From positions 93,682,001 to 93,746,000 of the forward strand of contig OZ024740.1 in NCBI GenBank assembly GCA_964016885.1: DNA of 64,000 nt, in the 5' to 3' direction. Shown piece by piece: positions 14,214 through 28,302 of this stretch (position 1 is its first letter; each line of letters begins with the position of its first letter). Source of the DNA: Eledone cirrhosa. Its lineage: Eukaryota. The translations under genes were made by a program, and so were the position numbers. The notes beneath the pieces were generated by a model. It was not told the origin of the DNA. It searched no databases and saw only the letters and a program-made list of their open reading frames with translations.

Positions 14214-14629
14214 TATATATACATAACGAAGGAGTTGTGTTAAGGAACCAAATGGACCATAACGTCCAGAAATAGCCGTCGAAAGGGCTTGCGCTCTACC
14301 GTCGGGGTCATACATGTTCATTTTTATTTCAGAATTATTCCTAATTTTTCTTCTAAATCCCGACTGCTTTTTCGCCGATACATGTGCAACAATTCTGCAG
14401 TATAAAAGTGCATCATCGCTTTGAGGTTGATACGGGTGATCAAGAGTCCGCTTAGAAAAAAAGGACTGTTTCCTGAAGGGCTCATAGCAAGTGACAAAGT
14501 TTCAGATGTGGAGGGAGAGATTAACACATGATGCAGTGGTAAACAAATGACTGTTTCTTTCGTAGCAAGTGTGAATTTCTCGTGTGGCGAGTAGAGAGGT
14601 AAACACCTGCTACACTGGTTACAGAAGGG

Positions 14630-14768
<139 letters not shown>

Positions 14769-16848
14769 AATTGGGATATATTATTATTATCCTTTTACTA
14801 GGGACAATTAAACAGATTGGTATTTGCTAAAACTATTTGAAAGTCGAGACCACCTTCAATGATTTGGTTTTAATAGGAATCGCGCTAATTCCTAAGTGAG
14901 ATAGGTCATGAATATTCGAAAGAAATGTTATTCCCAGATTCTCTGCGTATTGATATATATTTAAACGTAAAATTATCCACGGTCTGTGCAATATATTTTA
15001 TTTTATTTTATTTCCTTACCAATTGTCTCATAGACTAATCAATGACATTTATTAACAATAGAACGTAGGAGAGATATCTGCTTGTGATATCTGCTGTGTG
15101 CTCGATTCATGATTGACGAGATTGTAATAAAGATAGATTATTAATTTTGATATTAACACAATTGAAATCATATACATTTGAATTATTTCATATATGGATA
15201 TTTTGAAATTGAGCTTGTTGCTCTCAGGACCAGTGTGCTGCACATTCAAACCAAACGAGAAAGGCATAACACACACAAATAAATTGAGATACATACTTAT
15301 AATATCACGGATGACTATTTATTAGAATTGATTATTTCATTATTATGTTTCACATTCAATTTTCCCTGCATCTGTCTAATTGACGGTCGAAATTTAAATG
15401 TGTGCATATATGTCAATATATTTAATCATATATAATTACAGACACCTACATATATACACATCATCAAATATATACACACGCGTTTCGTTATACCACATAA
15501 ACAATTGTCAGATCTGAATTTCGATAAATATAGCACGGTTTCAATCTGAAATGCTTTATAATATATCTGATGTATTTCCTCTTGACACTTATATCTCCCC
15601 GTTAAACGGCAATTATATAGACAGCGCCAATAATAGACATATTTATTCAAACTCTCACTTTACCATTAATCTCAAAAGTTTTTCTACTACGCTCCACTCA
15701 CACTGAAGTTAATATGTCTACTTATATTTCTAATTCCCGCTGTGTGATAAACGCAGACACACAAACTCTCATTCATCCTGGAATATATATTTATGTCATT
15801 TCTTTTGAAACACTCGTGTAAATTAAAGAGCTTGCTTTATGTAGATTTATGGCAAACATAATTAAGCATTTTATTTAAGTTTGCAGATTCAACATTGATA
15901 TCCTGTACAACTTTTATTGCTTTCAGATAATGTATTCAGTTAATTTGCTTATAATTTTCCACGTATAAAATAGAAACTATATCAATATTGTATCAATCGA
16001 AATAATTATGATATATTTAGCATTAATCATATATCAGAAAGCCATTAAAAGTAGAAACTAAAGTAAACAGCAATTTATTTATGTATTTCTATTGCTTGTT
16101 TTGGAAGAAAGTCAATGCCCATGGACTTAGCTGTTTCAGGTAAGATTCATTTTGATATTGTTCTACGTAAATTAACGCAATACGACAACTAGAAAAATAT
16201 AAGCGAAGAAAGAAAGCCGAAGTTATTGAGGGGTGGGATCGATAATCTAATGTAGTGGATAGCGCATTGTGTGCGCGGTTCCATACCATGTTGGAATCAG
16301 AATATTAGCCGCATCCAAAATGACGCAGCTATCGTCCTGGTGAAGGAAATGTTAAACAAAAAGACAAAACGATTGGTCGGTAGTCTGTATACGTGTGCAG
16401 ACAAAGGCAACATATCTGTGAGTAAATAGATGTCAAATTGCTTGAGTGATATGTTTGTAGAAGGGTTCTTACATATATGTACATGTAGACGCAATAACAG
16501 CGTTAATATTGTGGGTGACCAGTAATATGTGTTCATTATGTTTTCCCTAGCAACGTAATTTTGGGTCAATCCTTCAAATTTTCCATAACTATAGTCAGAT
16601 GGAGTTGAAATTTGACGTAGAATTTAGATTGCCATAAAACGAAATTGGAGAATAGGTATGACCGCCTTAACTAGCATTATATTAATTGAAACCACCACGA
16701 ATCTCCTCACCAGACTGCTGATTAAAAAAATACGCATCCTTTTTTTCTTCAAATAATAATCTGAGAAACGCGCGTGACAAATCAATAATCAATAAGAAAC
16801 ATATGAACATATAAACATGAAACACACACACTTACACGCACTTATATT

Positions 16849-16931
<83 letters not shown>

Positions 16932-16940
16932 ATATATATA

Positions 16941-17954
16941 CTAGCATCAGTACCCAGCTTTGCCTGGGTAGGTAAAATAATATTTACTTTGATGAAAAGG
17001 TATTGATCTTAGTGACTGCTTCTCGATGACTCATCTATGGCCACACACAGGCCATGCGGGGAGGGTGGTGATGACCTATATCACTGAGAAAGGTGGGTGA
17101 CTGACGAAGGGGTATGCTGGGGGAGGGTGGTAATGACATCTAACACTAAGCCAAATTTGCTCACGCTACTTGTTTGGAAACCGATGAATTCTCAAATACA
17201 CAACTAAAAGCTCAAACGACGTCAGTGCCCATTGTTTTGCATATGACCATCTATAAGGTGAGCAATAATAGGTCCTATCGTAGTATAACAGTTGAACCAA
17301 ATAAATTGATTTATGTGTGAGGTGGAGCTGAAGTTTCGAATTTGAACGAAACCGGTCTAAAAATGTGGGAGATAGAGACGAAAAGGCGGACATTTGAGCG
17401 AAAAGGTGGCATTTTCGAATATTTAAGCGGCTGCCACGCCGCTCCTGAACAAATAATCCAAAATCTAAACCCACTTAAGACGTAAAATCATCAGATCTAG
17501 CGTAGTGTAAAATTTGAACAAAGTGTGTTGATAATATGTCAGCTAGAGCCGAAAAGTGGAAATTTGTGTTGACAGTTTTTTTTTTTTATATTTAAGCGGC
17601 TGCCACGCCGTCCATGAACAATCCAAATGTAAAATATAAAGCTATTACAGGATGTGAAATGATAAATTCTATTTTGCTTCAAATTTTGAAAGAAATCCTG
17701 GAAAATATGTGGGAGCTAGAGCCAAAAATCTTATTTTAAGATACCTAAAAAAGGTGACCCCTCCTATCGTTTTTATCCTCAGAATGACCCCCGGAATAAA
17801 AAGAAACCGATACGCTGATATATGGAAAGACTCCGCGATGACTAATCTATGAGCCTGCAAAGTTTCATGAAAATCGGTAGTAAGATGTAGGCCCCTATAG
17901 GTAATACACAGACACACAGACACACACACATACTTAATTTTATATATATATAGA
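16941..17954 (-). mobile_element. Non-autonomous Helitron (~1.0 kb, both ends present)
   Basis: Minus strand begins A|TCTATATATATATAAAATTAAGTATGTGTGTGTCTGT and ends with hairpin TACCCAGGCAAAGCTGGGTA then CTGATG-CTAG|T; no TSD; internal direct repeat ATATTTAAGCGGCTGCCACGCC at ~17419 and ~17588. Confidence 0.85.
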
Positions 17955-18360
17955 TATAGATATATATATAACTTCGGTCCTAGGCAGAACGAAAATCCTG
18001 TTGATAAACTGAATCCTCCGTTCGATCAAGAATACCATGAGCTTGCCAGTCATGTAAGTCTGATATATGATATTTGATTTCGGATTCAAAGAAACACTCT
18101 AAACGATTAATCGTTTGATTTGTCCAGGTGTATTTTTCTCAACCTGATTAGTTCTATCGTTACTTTGGTCTATATATTGTGTGTTACATTCGCCTACCAC
18201 AATGTTCGATTTATCAAGCTATTTAAACGTATGTTATTACTCTAAGGCCATAACTTATCGAGTGCTTTGCTAAATCATCATTTCATATAAGTAGGCCGAA
18301 TTTAATTGCAAACCGCCAGAGATTAGATTCTACTATATTCCAATTATATATATATATATA

Positions 18361-18483
<123 letters not shown>

Positions 18484-18757
18484 CGTGTCTCTCGATTGTT
18501 TGTGACGAATTCTGCTCAACCTTATTTAGTCAAGGGAATTATGCAGACGCGAACTTATTGGGAAAGTGGTTGAGCTTTCTGTGGGTAGTTGCAATTTAGC
18601 CTTAATGTGCGACATGGGTTTCTAATTGATTTCAATTTGTATAAACCATGTTTTGCGGCTGAATAGAAAAGGTCAATGTGAGCGAAAGCGGTATATTCAG
18701 GGCTGCAGAACACCGCTTATTGCAATGTTTTAACATTGCACTCATGATAAACACATA

Positions 18758-18833
<76 letters not shown>

Positions 18834-18891
18834 CATACACACACATACACACACATACACGCACACCCGCACACACACACACCCACACACA

Positions 18892-18954
<63 letters not shown>

Positions 18955-18955
<1 letters not shown>

Positions 18956-19583
18956 GATGATGGCACATTTGATAAACGCTTGTTGTAAATGTTTTGCTGA
19001 TTGTTTCATCTTAATGTGGTTGATGTTGTTTCAGGGAGAGAGGGTGAAAGAAATGTTCAGAGATTTATGATCCAGTGACCTGTTGGCCGTTTGATAGCTA
19101 ATAGCAGTGCGATGGAGCTATTCTATATATTAAAATATAGGTGGTTCAGTACTAATTTTGGGATTGTTGATTCAATTCATAGTGGTTTAAAGTTTGTGAA
19201 TCTAGTACCTAATATGTCTACAGAACATAGATATTTCTATCTTGCTGTTAAGCAGCATCCCATCGTACCTTAAAATATGTAGTAGTCCTAAATTACAAAA
19301 CCCGCAGTGGGACATACCGTTTCTGTAAGCTTTTGTTACCGATAATTTTGACCAGCTAATCTTACATTCTAGGTTTCTGTCCTTAAGCTGCCAGATTTTA
19401 TTGGCAAGTGCCGTAGAGTTCTCCAGTGCACGGTTCTTCATGGAGTGTCTGTGGACTTACCACCTTTTCTTATACTTCCCAGACGTGGAACCTATGTAGT
19501 GCCAGGTAGAATTGCCTGAATTCACAGTACTCCGGTATACCATACTTCAATCCAGGCATCTATTCCGTAGTGGGCACTTATCC

Positions 19584-19587
<4 letters not shown>
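18955..19587 (-). mobile_element. PLE GIY-YIG endonuclease 3' fragment (Hydra-like clade) plus 3' UTR
   Basis: KCPLRNRCLD*SMVY...HYIGSTSG...STALANKIWQLKD...ISWS...AY...CGFC...LNSKIEISMFCRH. Confidence 0.8.
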
Positions 19588-19631
<44 letters not shown>

Positions 19632-19633
<2 letters not shown>

Positions 19634-21519
19634 GTGTTTCCCGATTATGAGCCATGGCTTATATTAATTTTTACTCCGAAATGTACCACTACGGCTTATT
19701 TTCAGGAAAGGGGGTTCATATACCGGCAAAACGACACTACGAAACTGAAAATTACAAATTCGCTAAGTGATTACGAAAGAACAATCGGCGTTTACGCGCA
19801 CTGTTTACTTGAAATATCAAATTTATTAAAAATTAACACAACCTTTAATCCAAAAACTAATGCGCGAAATAATCCACTAATTTATTCGAAAATAATCATT
19901 TCATCCCGCTCTGGAATATCAATGTTTTCCAAATCAGTGGATTCAATGATTCTTGTGGAATTTTCTTGTGACTCAATTGCCTGCAGAATGTTCGTCCGTA
20001 GTCCTTTCAATGGAGCGATAGAGGTCGAATTGAATGGAGAGTTCTTATCCAGATAACCTGCTCGTAGTGCATTCATGACACAGCTTTCCTTGATTTTGTT
20101 CTATGAATTTCTCACGAAAGTTCCCCTCTCACTTCTCGCCATTCTGAATTCGATATAGTCATTTATTTCCATGCGCACATGTTCCTTGAATGGTTTATTC
20201 AGTGCGATGTCAAGAGTCTGGAGAATGGCGGTCATTCCTGCGGAAATCATGATTAGATCGATTCTTCTTTCTGCAAGAATGTTCTTCCTATCTTTGGCGT
20301 GTTGCGGCTGGCTGAACCCGTGACCTCTTTTAGTTCCACGCAAAATCAATGGCAGCATGAAATCGACGCACTTCCTTAAAACAGCCTGTGTGCACCACGC
20401 CTTTTGATTTTCCAGAACACAGATACCAGAATCGCGTTCAATTGTATTTTGTTTGCCTTTTGTGAAAATAAGAGGTTGGGCTTTGCTTCCATCGAAACAA
20501 ATTGCTACGATATACTAAACTCGTGCACTTTCGTAACCAGTGCATGGAATGTAAAGTGATGACGTACCCCTTTGATCAATTGTAGATTGAGAGCTTTGAC
20601 ACATGAATACTGCTGTTTCATCCCCATCAATCATGTTGGAGAGACTGTAGATTAGAAAAGTATATTCCATCAACAAAATACTTAAATGCGAGTGCACGTT
20701 TAATCATCTCAGTATCGTCCAGTTTGAACATTGTTGTCGATCTTCTAAAAGAAAATTCGTGTCGCTGAAGGAAATTATCCAGCCAGTGTTTGGATGCTTT
20801 GAGTTCTCTGGAACTATACCAAAGTCTAGTGCATTTTTAAGGGCAAATGTTGGAATATCAGCCCTGTGAACAACCAAAGATCTATATCTTCTTTCAGCAA
20901 TCCATTCACGGATGGCGTCTTCCAGCTCAAAAAATATTGGTTGTCGACCAGATTGACGCTTATGTTTCTTTTCATTTCCTTCGTCCATGTCTTGGCTGAG
21001 TTTATCGTAGTCCATTCTCCATCTTTGAACCATTCAGATATACAGATTCTTTTCTTTCCAGGAAATAGTAAGATTCTTGCCCAGTGATTCCTCCACAATT
21101 ACTTTCTTGTACTCGATTGTATAACTCATCCTTTCTTTCATCTTGTCTAGGATGAAAATGATCTACTCCTCTGAAGTTACTGATAAGTCATTACTTCCGG
21201 TTTGTACCCGCATTTGCATAAACAATATTGATTGCACGCACTTTCCCCTTTCCTTTCGTTAATAATTTCATTATCGATTTTTTTCACTTGCGCGCATTCT
21301 ACAAACTTCCTATACACCCGCGTATCAATTAGTTTTACATTAAGATACAATCCTGTTCCATAATGGCTGATTGCGCCAATTTTCATACCTGGCAATATCT
21401 TTCTTTTGGCGTTCATTTTTGCTACATATTATTTTCGGGGCATGGCTTATATTAAATCCATCCTGAAATATAATGCTACGGCTTATAGTCTGGGGTGGCT
21501 TATAATGGGGGGAACATGG
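19632..21519 (-). mobile_element. pogo/Tigger-superfamily DNA transposon, near full length, transposase pseudogenised
   Basis: Imperfect TIRs CCGTGTTTCCCGATTATGAGCCA / revcomp CCATGTTCCCCCCATTATAAGCCA; left end after TA; subterminal direct repeats CATGGCTTATATTAA and CTACGGCTTAT; fragments MSYTIEYK, GRQPIFFELEDAIREWIAERR (CENP-B HTH), MIDGDETAVF and LQTLDIALNKPFK (DDE_1). Confidence 0.9.
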
Positions 21520-23649
21520 TTTTTCAAATTAAAAGTATGAGGAAATAATAGACACAAATGTATCTATTTTTTGACATGGAATTGCAAATGACCCGTCAGA
21601 AAAAAAGAAATGGAGGGGGCAGAAATTAAAATGTTGAACTTCAAAATGTATGTATTTTCAGGAGTAAAAACTCCTCTATATTCCGTACTATATATATATA
21701 TATATATATATAACTTTTTTACAGCAAAAGTCATCCATCCAAGGTTTTAGAATATCGTTTTAAATGAAAGAATATAATCTTGGGGCGAAAGGTATACAGT
21801 TATGCATGGATATTCTTCCGGAGATACTTCGTGAACTTTCCCGTCAAAAGATTCAGAGCATATTGATAGCCCAGGGACAGTCCAGCTTTATTGAAATATA
21901 GTCATCAACAATGTGATCAAATATGTCTGTATGTAACAATGTTTGAGTGCATGTTTGGATGTCGTTTTATGTGCGGATCTGTACGATTTGAATTATATAC
22001 GTCAGAGCCTTAACTGGTTGATTATTCTGAATGGACTGTTATTGGCCCTCCGAAGAATATTGGATGTTGGACTGACCTGTTGGCGATATACAGATGCCAC
22101 ACGGGTCAGAGTTAATCTCGTACACACATGGGTCACAAGCCCGCCGATGATTGTCCTATCAGGAACAAAGCTCCAGACGGTAACGGCCTATTGGATCTAG
22201 CAAAAGCATAAACCCACCCGACATGACAAGGCCAGACCCTTGATGATGCCTCAATGATCAGTGATAAGAATGACCCAAGCTCATCGAGCCAGAGTAATAG
22301 ATGATGAGATGATTGTTTTAATATTTGAACGGTTATATGTACATTTATTACGTTACATATTTCTGAATATGTAGCATATTTAACAAATATATTAATGGCT
22401 TGTTATTAAAATATACTTATATGATGATCTCTTTCCTTAGGCTACCTAGATGGTTTTGTTTTCTGTAACAGTTCGCTATGTAACAGTTCGATTATCATGT
22501 GGTTAAAGCTACAATCAAAATTTATAATTAAAACATAGATCTAAATATGTGTCTTTAATATAGTACAGCTGAGTGCAGATTTCCATAAAAGGGCATGTAA
22601 TCTTTGTCCTAACACTAATCTTTGTCTGATTTTATTGTGTATACATTGCTGTATTTATTCTTAATAAGAGTATATAATCCGAATCATTGCATATTCCGTC
22701 TGTTATGCATTTCTTCGAAGCTATCATTTATATGGATTGCATAATATAGTATACAGGCATACATATACAAACAGACACACACACACTCACATACACACAT
22801 GCAAAAATACAGAGGGTCACACGTGGGACACAGAAACACACATACATATGCTCGCAGACACACACACACACGTACATATAAATTTAAAAATGTGTATAAA
22901 TTCAGAGACATGAAACTCATACATGAATACTCATGTCTAAGATTATATAAAATGTATAGATATATACATGTAATAGAATAATTATAACTGAAATAGAATT
23001 AATAAATACATATATAATATTTATTTCATAATGAATAGTTATTATTGAAAACAAATGTATTACCGCTGCCTTGGTATACAGTAACAATATGGAAACAAAA
23101 GACAAAAAAAAACAAGAGCATATAGGAGTATGACGTTTGATTCGACACTATTAATACAAAAATGGTATAATAGAAACTATAATTCAAAACATTTTTTTAA
23201 AAGAAATATTAACACTATTATTGGAAAAATATTAATTTCCTTGGAACGTAGGTTAGTATTATACAAAACGTATGACCATTCTTGTGAATATGATACAGCA
23301 GGTATTCATTGTTTACATTATTACAATGGGGCCTCATATGCGTAAGTAGTTTAGAATATCTCATAATCTTACAATTCTATAGCTCACTATTTTCCCTGCG
23401 CTCAATAGTGACAATATTACGTGAGTTAACTATTGCAAAATTTATCTTAGAAATAGATAAATAACTGAATCTTTATATCCAGTTCGGTCTGAGGCGTCAT
23501 TATAGTATTCAGCAGTTTGCTGATCTTACCAGAACAAAAGCTTTATTATAAAGAATACTGATAAAGTTTATACATATCAAACATGTTAGAGCAATATATA
23601 CATATATGAATTCTGGCATTATTATTACAACGTGACCCTTTCACCCAAT

Positions 23650-23709
<60 letters not shown>

Positions 23710-23712
<3 letters not shown>

Positions 23713-24004
23713 AAAAAAAGATGAAATCGAAAATGCAACTGGAGTCTTATTTTTTTTAAAAATATATATATTTATTTGGTTCCTTTACCGGTTTCGCAGT
23801 TCTTCTGCTTTTCAAAAGTAGAGTTGAGATGGAGGGTCTGTGGTTTTTCTCACATCAGATGTGAGAAAAACCACAGACCCTCCATCTCAACTCTACTTTT
23901 GAAAAGCAGAAGAACTGCGAAACCGGTAAAGGAACCAAATAAATATATATATTTAAAAAAAAAATAAGACTCCAGTTGCATTTTTGATTTCATCTTTTTT
24001 TCTT
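23710..24004. repeat. Near-perfect ~295-bp palindrome (centre 23857) made of two head-to-head HHR-bearing units
   Basis: ...TTTTTCTCACATC-A-GATGTGAGAAAAA...; arms differ by only a few bases. Confidence 0.95.
23896..23931 (+). ncRNA. Minimal type I hammerhead ribozyme with U3:A8 core (mirror copy 23783-23818 on minus)
   Basis: CTT-TTGAAAA-GCAG aagaa CTGC-GAAA-CCGG-TA-AAG; stems I and II pair; palindromic ACCGGT at stem III. Confidence 0.75.
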
Positions 24005-24064
24005 TGTAGTTTCACTACTGTAGGACACCTCGGTCATTTTTCATTTTGTAAAAAAAAACCTCAC

Positions 24065-24137
<73 letters not shown>

Positions 24138-24138
<1 letters not shown>

Positions 24139-24350
24139 TAAAACCAAGGTACCCCGTACGGTCTGGAATGGAGTAGCGTTCCGGATGCGAGGGCATACCC
24201 GGCTGGAAGTAGAAAGTGCCGATTATGCCTACACGAGGCAATGGAGATAGTTAGACTGAAAGATGACGCGGTCAACCTGAAGTCTGAAATTATCATGACC
24301 TGCAGACACCAGAGAAGATGCACATTTGCAGCATGGAATCCTCCGGGTAG
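24138..24350 (+). mobile_element. PLE endonuclease C-terminus (Hydra-like), missed by the ORF track
   Basis: Manual translation NQGTPYGLEWSSVPDARAYPAGSRKCRLCLHEAMEIVRLKDDAVNLKSEIIMTCRHQRRC, same W..AY..CxLC..E..I..N..E..CxH pattern as 19202 and 43730. Confidence 0.75.
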
Positions 24351-24955
24351 CACAGGGCAGGGGTATGAGACCGAGTACGCACAGTCCCGAGCCGCCCAAC
24401 GGGATTAAGTCACCTGACACCATACCCTATGACATTATACGCCCCGTGTCGCAAACATAAATAAACCAGGTGCATACCAGTCCGCGCACGCATCATTCAG
24501 CAGTTAAATCGCCTATGCCGGGACCGACTGACACGGAGTCCACTGTCGTTCAGTCAAATACCCCAAACATATAGAACAGCACACCCCGACCACAGTGACA
24601 TACCTGAAGGTGCCCGAGCCAAGCGTCCCCATGAATGTGTACCCCGTTAATCGTGAATATATACTCTACACATGTTCCACTTTGGAACAATTATTATTAT
24701 TGTTGTTGTTCTTGTTATTGTTGTTTGTTCTATACACGGACCTAAGTTTACACCTCATACTACCTGCGTGTAGTATATCATATGAATACACGTAACTTAT
24801 CCTTAACCTCCCCCCTTTTTTTATATATCTCCTTGTGAAGTTATATACAGATTTTAATGTATTTTAACATAGTGTACATTCATTTTATTTCATTATCTTA
24901 TTGTTTTTATATGTGTGTTTATGTGTAGACCTGTGCGTATGTATATGTGTGCGTG

Positions 24956-25000
<45 letters not shown>

Positions 25001-25332
25001 GTGTGTGTGTGGGGGGGGTGTAGGTGTGCATGTGTACGTATATGCGTGAGTTTATATATGTGTGTGTGTTCATGCATGTACATGTGTGTACATATGTGGG
25101 TGTGTGTATATATATGTATATATATATAGCTGTGTATGAGTATGTGTGTGTGTATGTGGGTGCGTATGTATGTTTGTGTGCGTGTGTATATATGTGTACG
25201 TGTCTCTATATATTTATATGTATATGTATGTGTACACCTCACATCAATGTGTAGAGATGGAATATATATTCATTTTATTATATATTATTTTATCATATAT
25301 CTATTATATATATATATGTATATATATATATT

Positions 25333-25449
<117 letters not shown>

Positions 25450-25571
25450 GTGTGTTTGTGTGTGTGTGTAAATAAATGAAGTAATTCCGTCGGAAATTCC
25501 AGGAAAAAGAGTGCTCTATGTAGGTAACAGAGCTTAATAGTTATGTAATAAACAACATAAGGCAATTATTC

Positions 25572-25625
25572 CATTTACCAGTGGTTTCTTAAAAGCAAAA
25601 AAATGTCTTTTCAATCATCAGAATG
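25572..25625 (-). ncRNA. Canonical type I hammerhead ribozyme, intact core (inverted partner at 25654-25707 plus has GUG at the cleavage site)
   Basis: Minus strand CATT-CTGATGA-TTGAAAAG acatttttttg CTTTTAA-GAAA-CCACTGG-TA-AATG; lies in inverted repeat 25539-25741. Confidence 0.8.
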
Positions 25626-27144
25626 AAAAAACCCTGGTCTCCCTGGATTTTTTCATTCTGATGATTGAACGCAATTTGTTTTGCTTTTAAGAAACCACTG
25701 GTGAATGGAATAATTGCCTTATGTTGTTTATTACATAACTATATATATAAATATGTATATATCATATTGTATTCTATATTGTTATTTTATTGTATATTGC
25801 ATTTTTATTGTATGTTGTATATTTATTTTACGGTTTTGTTTATATATGTGTATGTGTGAGCTTGTGTGTGTAAGCACATATCCATATGTGCATGTGTGTA
25901 CATGTGGGTGTCCGTGTGCGTATGTGTATATATATATATGTGTGTATGTGTGTGTATATGTATATATGTGTATGTATGTGTATATGTGTATGTATGTGTA
26001 TGCATATGTGTGTGCGTATGTGTTCGTCTGTGTTTGCATGTGTGTGTGTGTGTGTACACATATATACAGATGTGTGTATAAGCGTGTATGTGTATGTGTA
26101 TATATATATATGTATATATGTATATGCATACATATATGTATATATGTATGTGTGTGTGTATGTATGCGTGTCTATGTGTGGGTGTCTATCTACACACACA
26201 TGTATATCCATGGTGTGTGTATCTTTCAGTTGAGGGGGCGTACGTACACCCACATAGGATGGGTTTGTATATAAGTTTATATGCGGGTACATGTAATTGT
26301 GTGTAGATATATGTACAGGTCTGTATCTGTGCGTGTATGTGTGCTTATGAGTTTGGAAGTGTGTCTGTCTGTGATGCCTATCCATGAGGATATGCCTGTA
26401 TGTGTGAGAGTGTGTCTATGTATGTGTCTGAGAGTGTTTGTGTATATATGTGCAGATGTGTCTGAACGCCGATATGTGTCCTTGAATGCGTGTACGTGTG
26501 TGTCTGCGCGAGTGCGCACGTGTGCGTGCGTGTGAGACCGGATGTAAGGGGCTGTATAGGTAGGTGCCAATAGGCATGTGGGTGTGGGTGTACTTGCGTA
26601 TGTGTAAGAGAGGAGGGTGTGTGTGTATATATATGTGCATGGGGGTATGTGTGTCTACACATGTGTGCGTACATATGAGTATGCATGCATGTGCATGTGT
26701 GCCTGCGTCTGTGTATATGTGTGTTGGTAGTTGTGTGTGTGTGTATACGTGGGTAAATACTCGGGAGTGTGAACAGACGTGTGAGATACCAACCCAGCAT
26801 GGCTCCATTGAAGTGTGAGGGACGGAATACGGCTGATAACCAGTGTAGCAGTAAATAGTGAACAGAATGTATGATGACGTAGAAAAACAACAGCCAATGG
26901 CATGACAAGAGTGGAAGATGTTATTTTTTCAGGTGGCTTTTGATGATAACACCCCAATGAGAGAATTTGCTCCGAAAAGATTTCATGTGTCCCAAGGAAC
27001 CTGCAGCCGAAGAATCAGCCAGATCCATACAGTGATAATGTCTCAAGCTATCTGCCGGCGAAACAATTGTAACACGCAATAAACTGAGTCCAGATGCCAC
27101 ACTGATTTTTAGTTTTCTTATACTCTCTCTCTATATATATATAT

Positions 27145-27876
27145 TAGTAAAAAGGAAAAGAAAATGCTGACAAATATTCCCAGTGAAAAATAGTTTAATT
27201 ATGAATAAGTATAAATTAGTCATAATTATTAGTTAGTGTTCAGTTTTAGGTTTAAGTTTCTACCGGTTACACATTTCTTATGCTTTTCAAAAATAATTTT
27301 GAGATAGAGTGCTACACACACACAAACACACACATACACACACACACACTCACACACACACACACGTATTTGTCTTAATAGACACATGAACTGTTGACCT
27401 CTCAACATGACTGCAACTCAATCAGGCGGAAAAGGGCACTCTTCGACAAACCTACAAATGGCGCGAAACCAGTTCGCGCTAAAATCAATTTAAACATTCA
27501 CGTGACCTCTACCAACCAATTCAGATTGTTTTGACTGTAAGAATTTTTGCAACACGAATTGGCACAACATTTATAGTGCTTAATCACGTGACATTCAACA
27601 ACCAACCAAATCTTAATAGATCCCAAGACACTTTTTTCACATAAAACAGGAGGAATTTCCAAAACAGATCAGATTAGAGCAAATATCACGAGCACTCTAT
27701 CTCAAAATTATTTTTGAAAAGCATAAGAAATGCGCAACCGGTAAAAACTTAAAACTAAATCTGAATACTAACTAATACTTATTACTAATTTATACTTATT
27801 CCTAATTAAACTATTTTTCACTGGGAAAAATGTGTCAGTCCTTTCTTTTCTTTTTTACTAATATATCGTGTGTCAC

Positions 27877-27880
<4 letters not shown>
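27145..27880. mobile_element. Neptune-family pseudo-LTR pair: short inverted copy (27145-27312) plus longer direct copy (27313-27880)
   Basis: Homologous to 34400-34942 and 51690-52582; HHR variant at 27711-27746. Confidence 0.85.
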
Positions 27881-27942
<62 letters not shown>

Positions 27943-27973
27943 AGATTTGAATGGATACAGTTTAGTTGAAAGG

Positions 27974-28073
<100 letters not shown>

Positions 28074-28223
28074 ATATTAACAAAATAGAGAGTATCTATT
28101 TTGTTAATATTTGAATTAATAGTGATAACTCTGGAAAATATTTCGGTAGAGTGCTTCCAATCTACTGTAAAACTCATTATTTGATGTACTCATTGAATCT
28201 TGTTTAACTCTTTTATAAATATA

Positions 28224-28299
<76 letters not shown>

Positions 28300-28302
<3 letters not shown>

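Noticed and set aside
16245-16295. tRNA-like A/B boxes (TAGTGG...GGTTCCATACC)
   Set aside because: No cloverleaf; at best a decayed SINE head
21900-22310. GC-richer block resembling a decayed SINE or RTE tail
   Set aside because: Single copy in the window and no diagnostic motif that I can confirm
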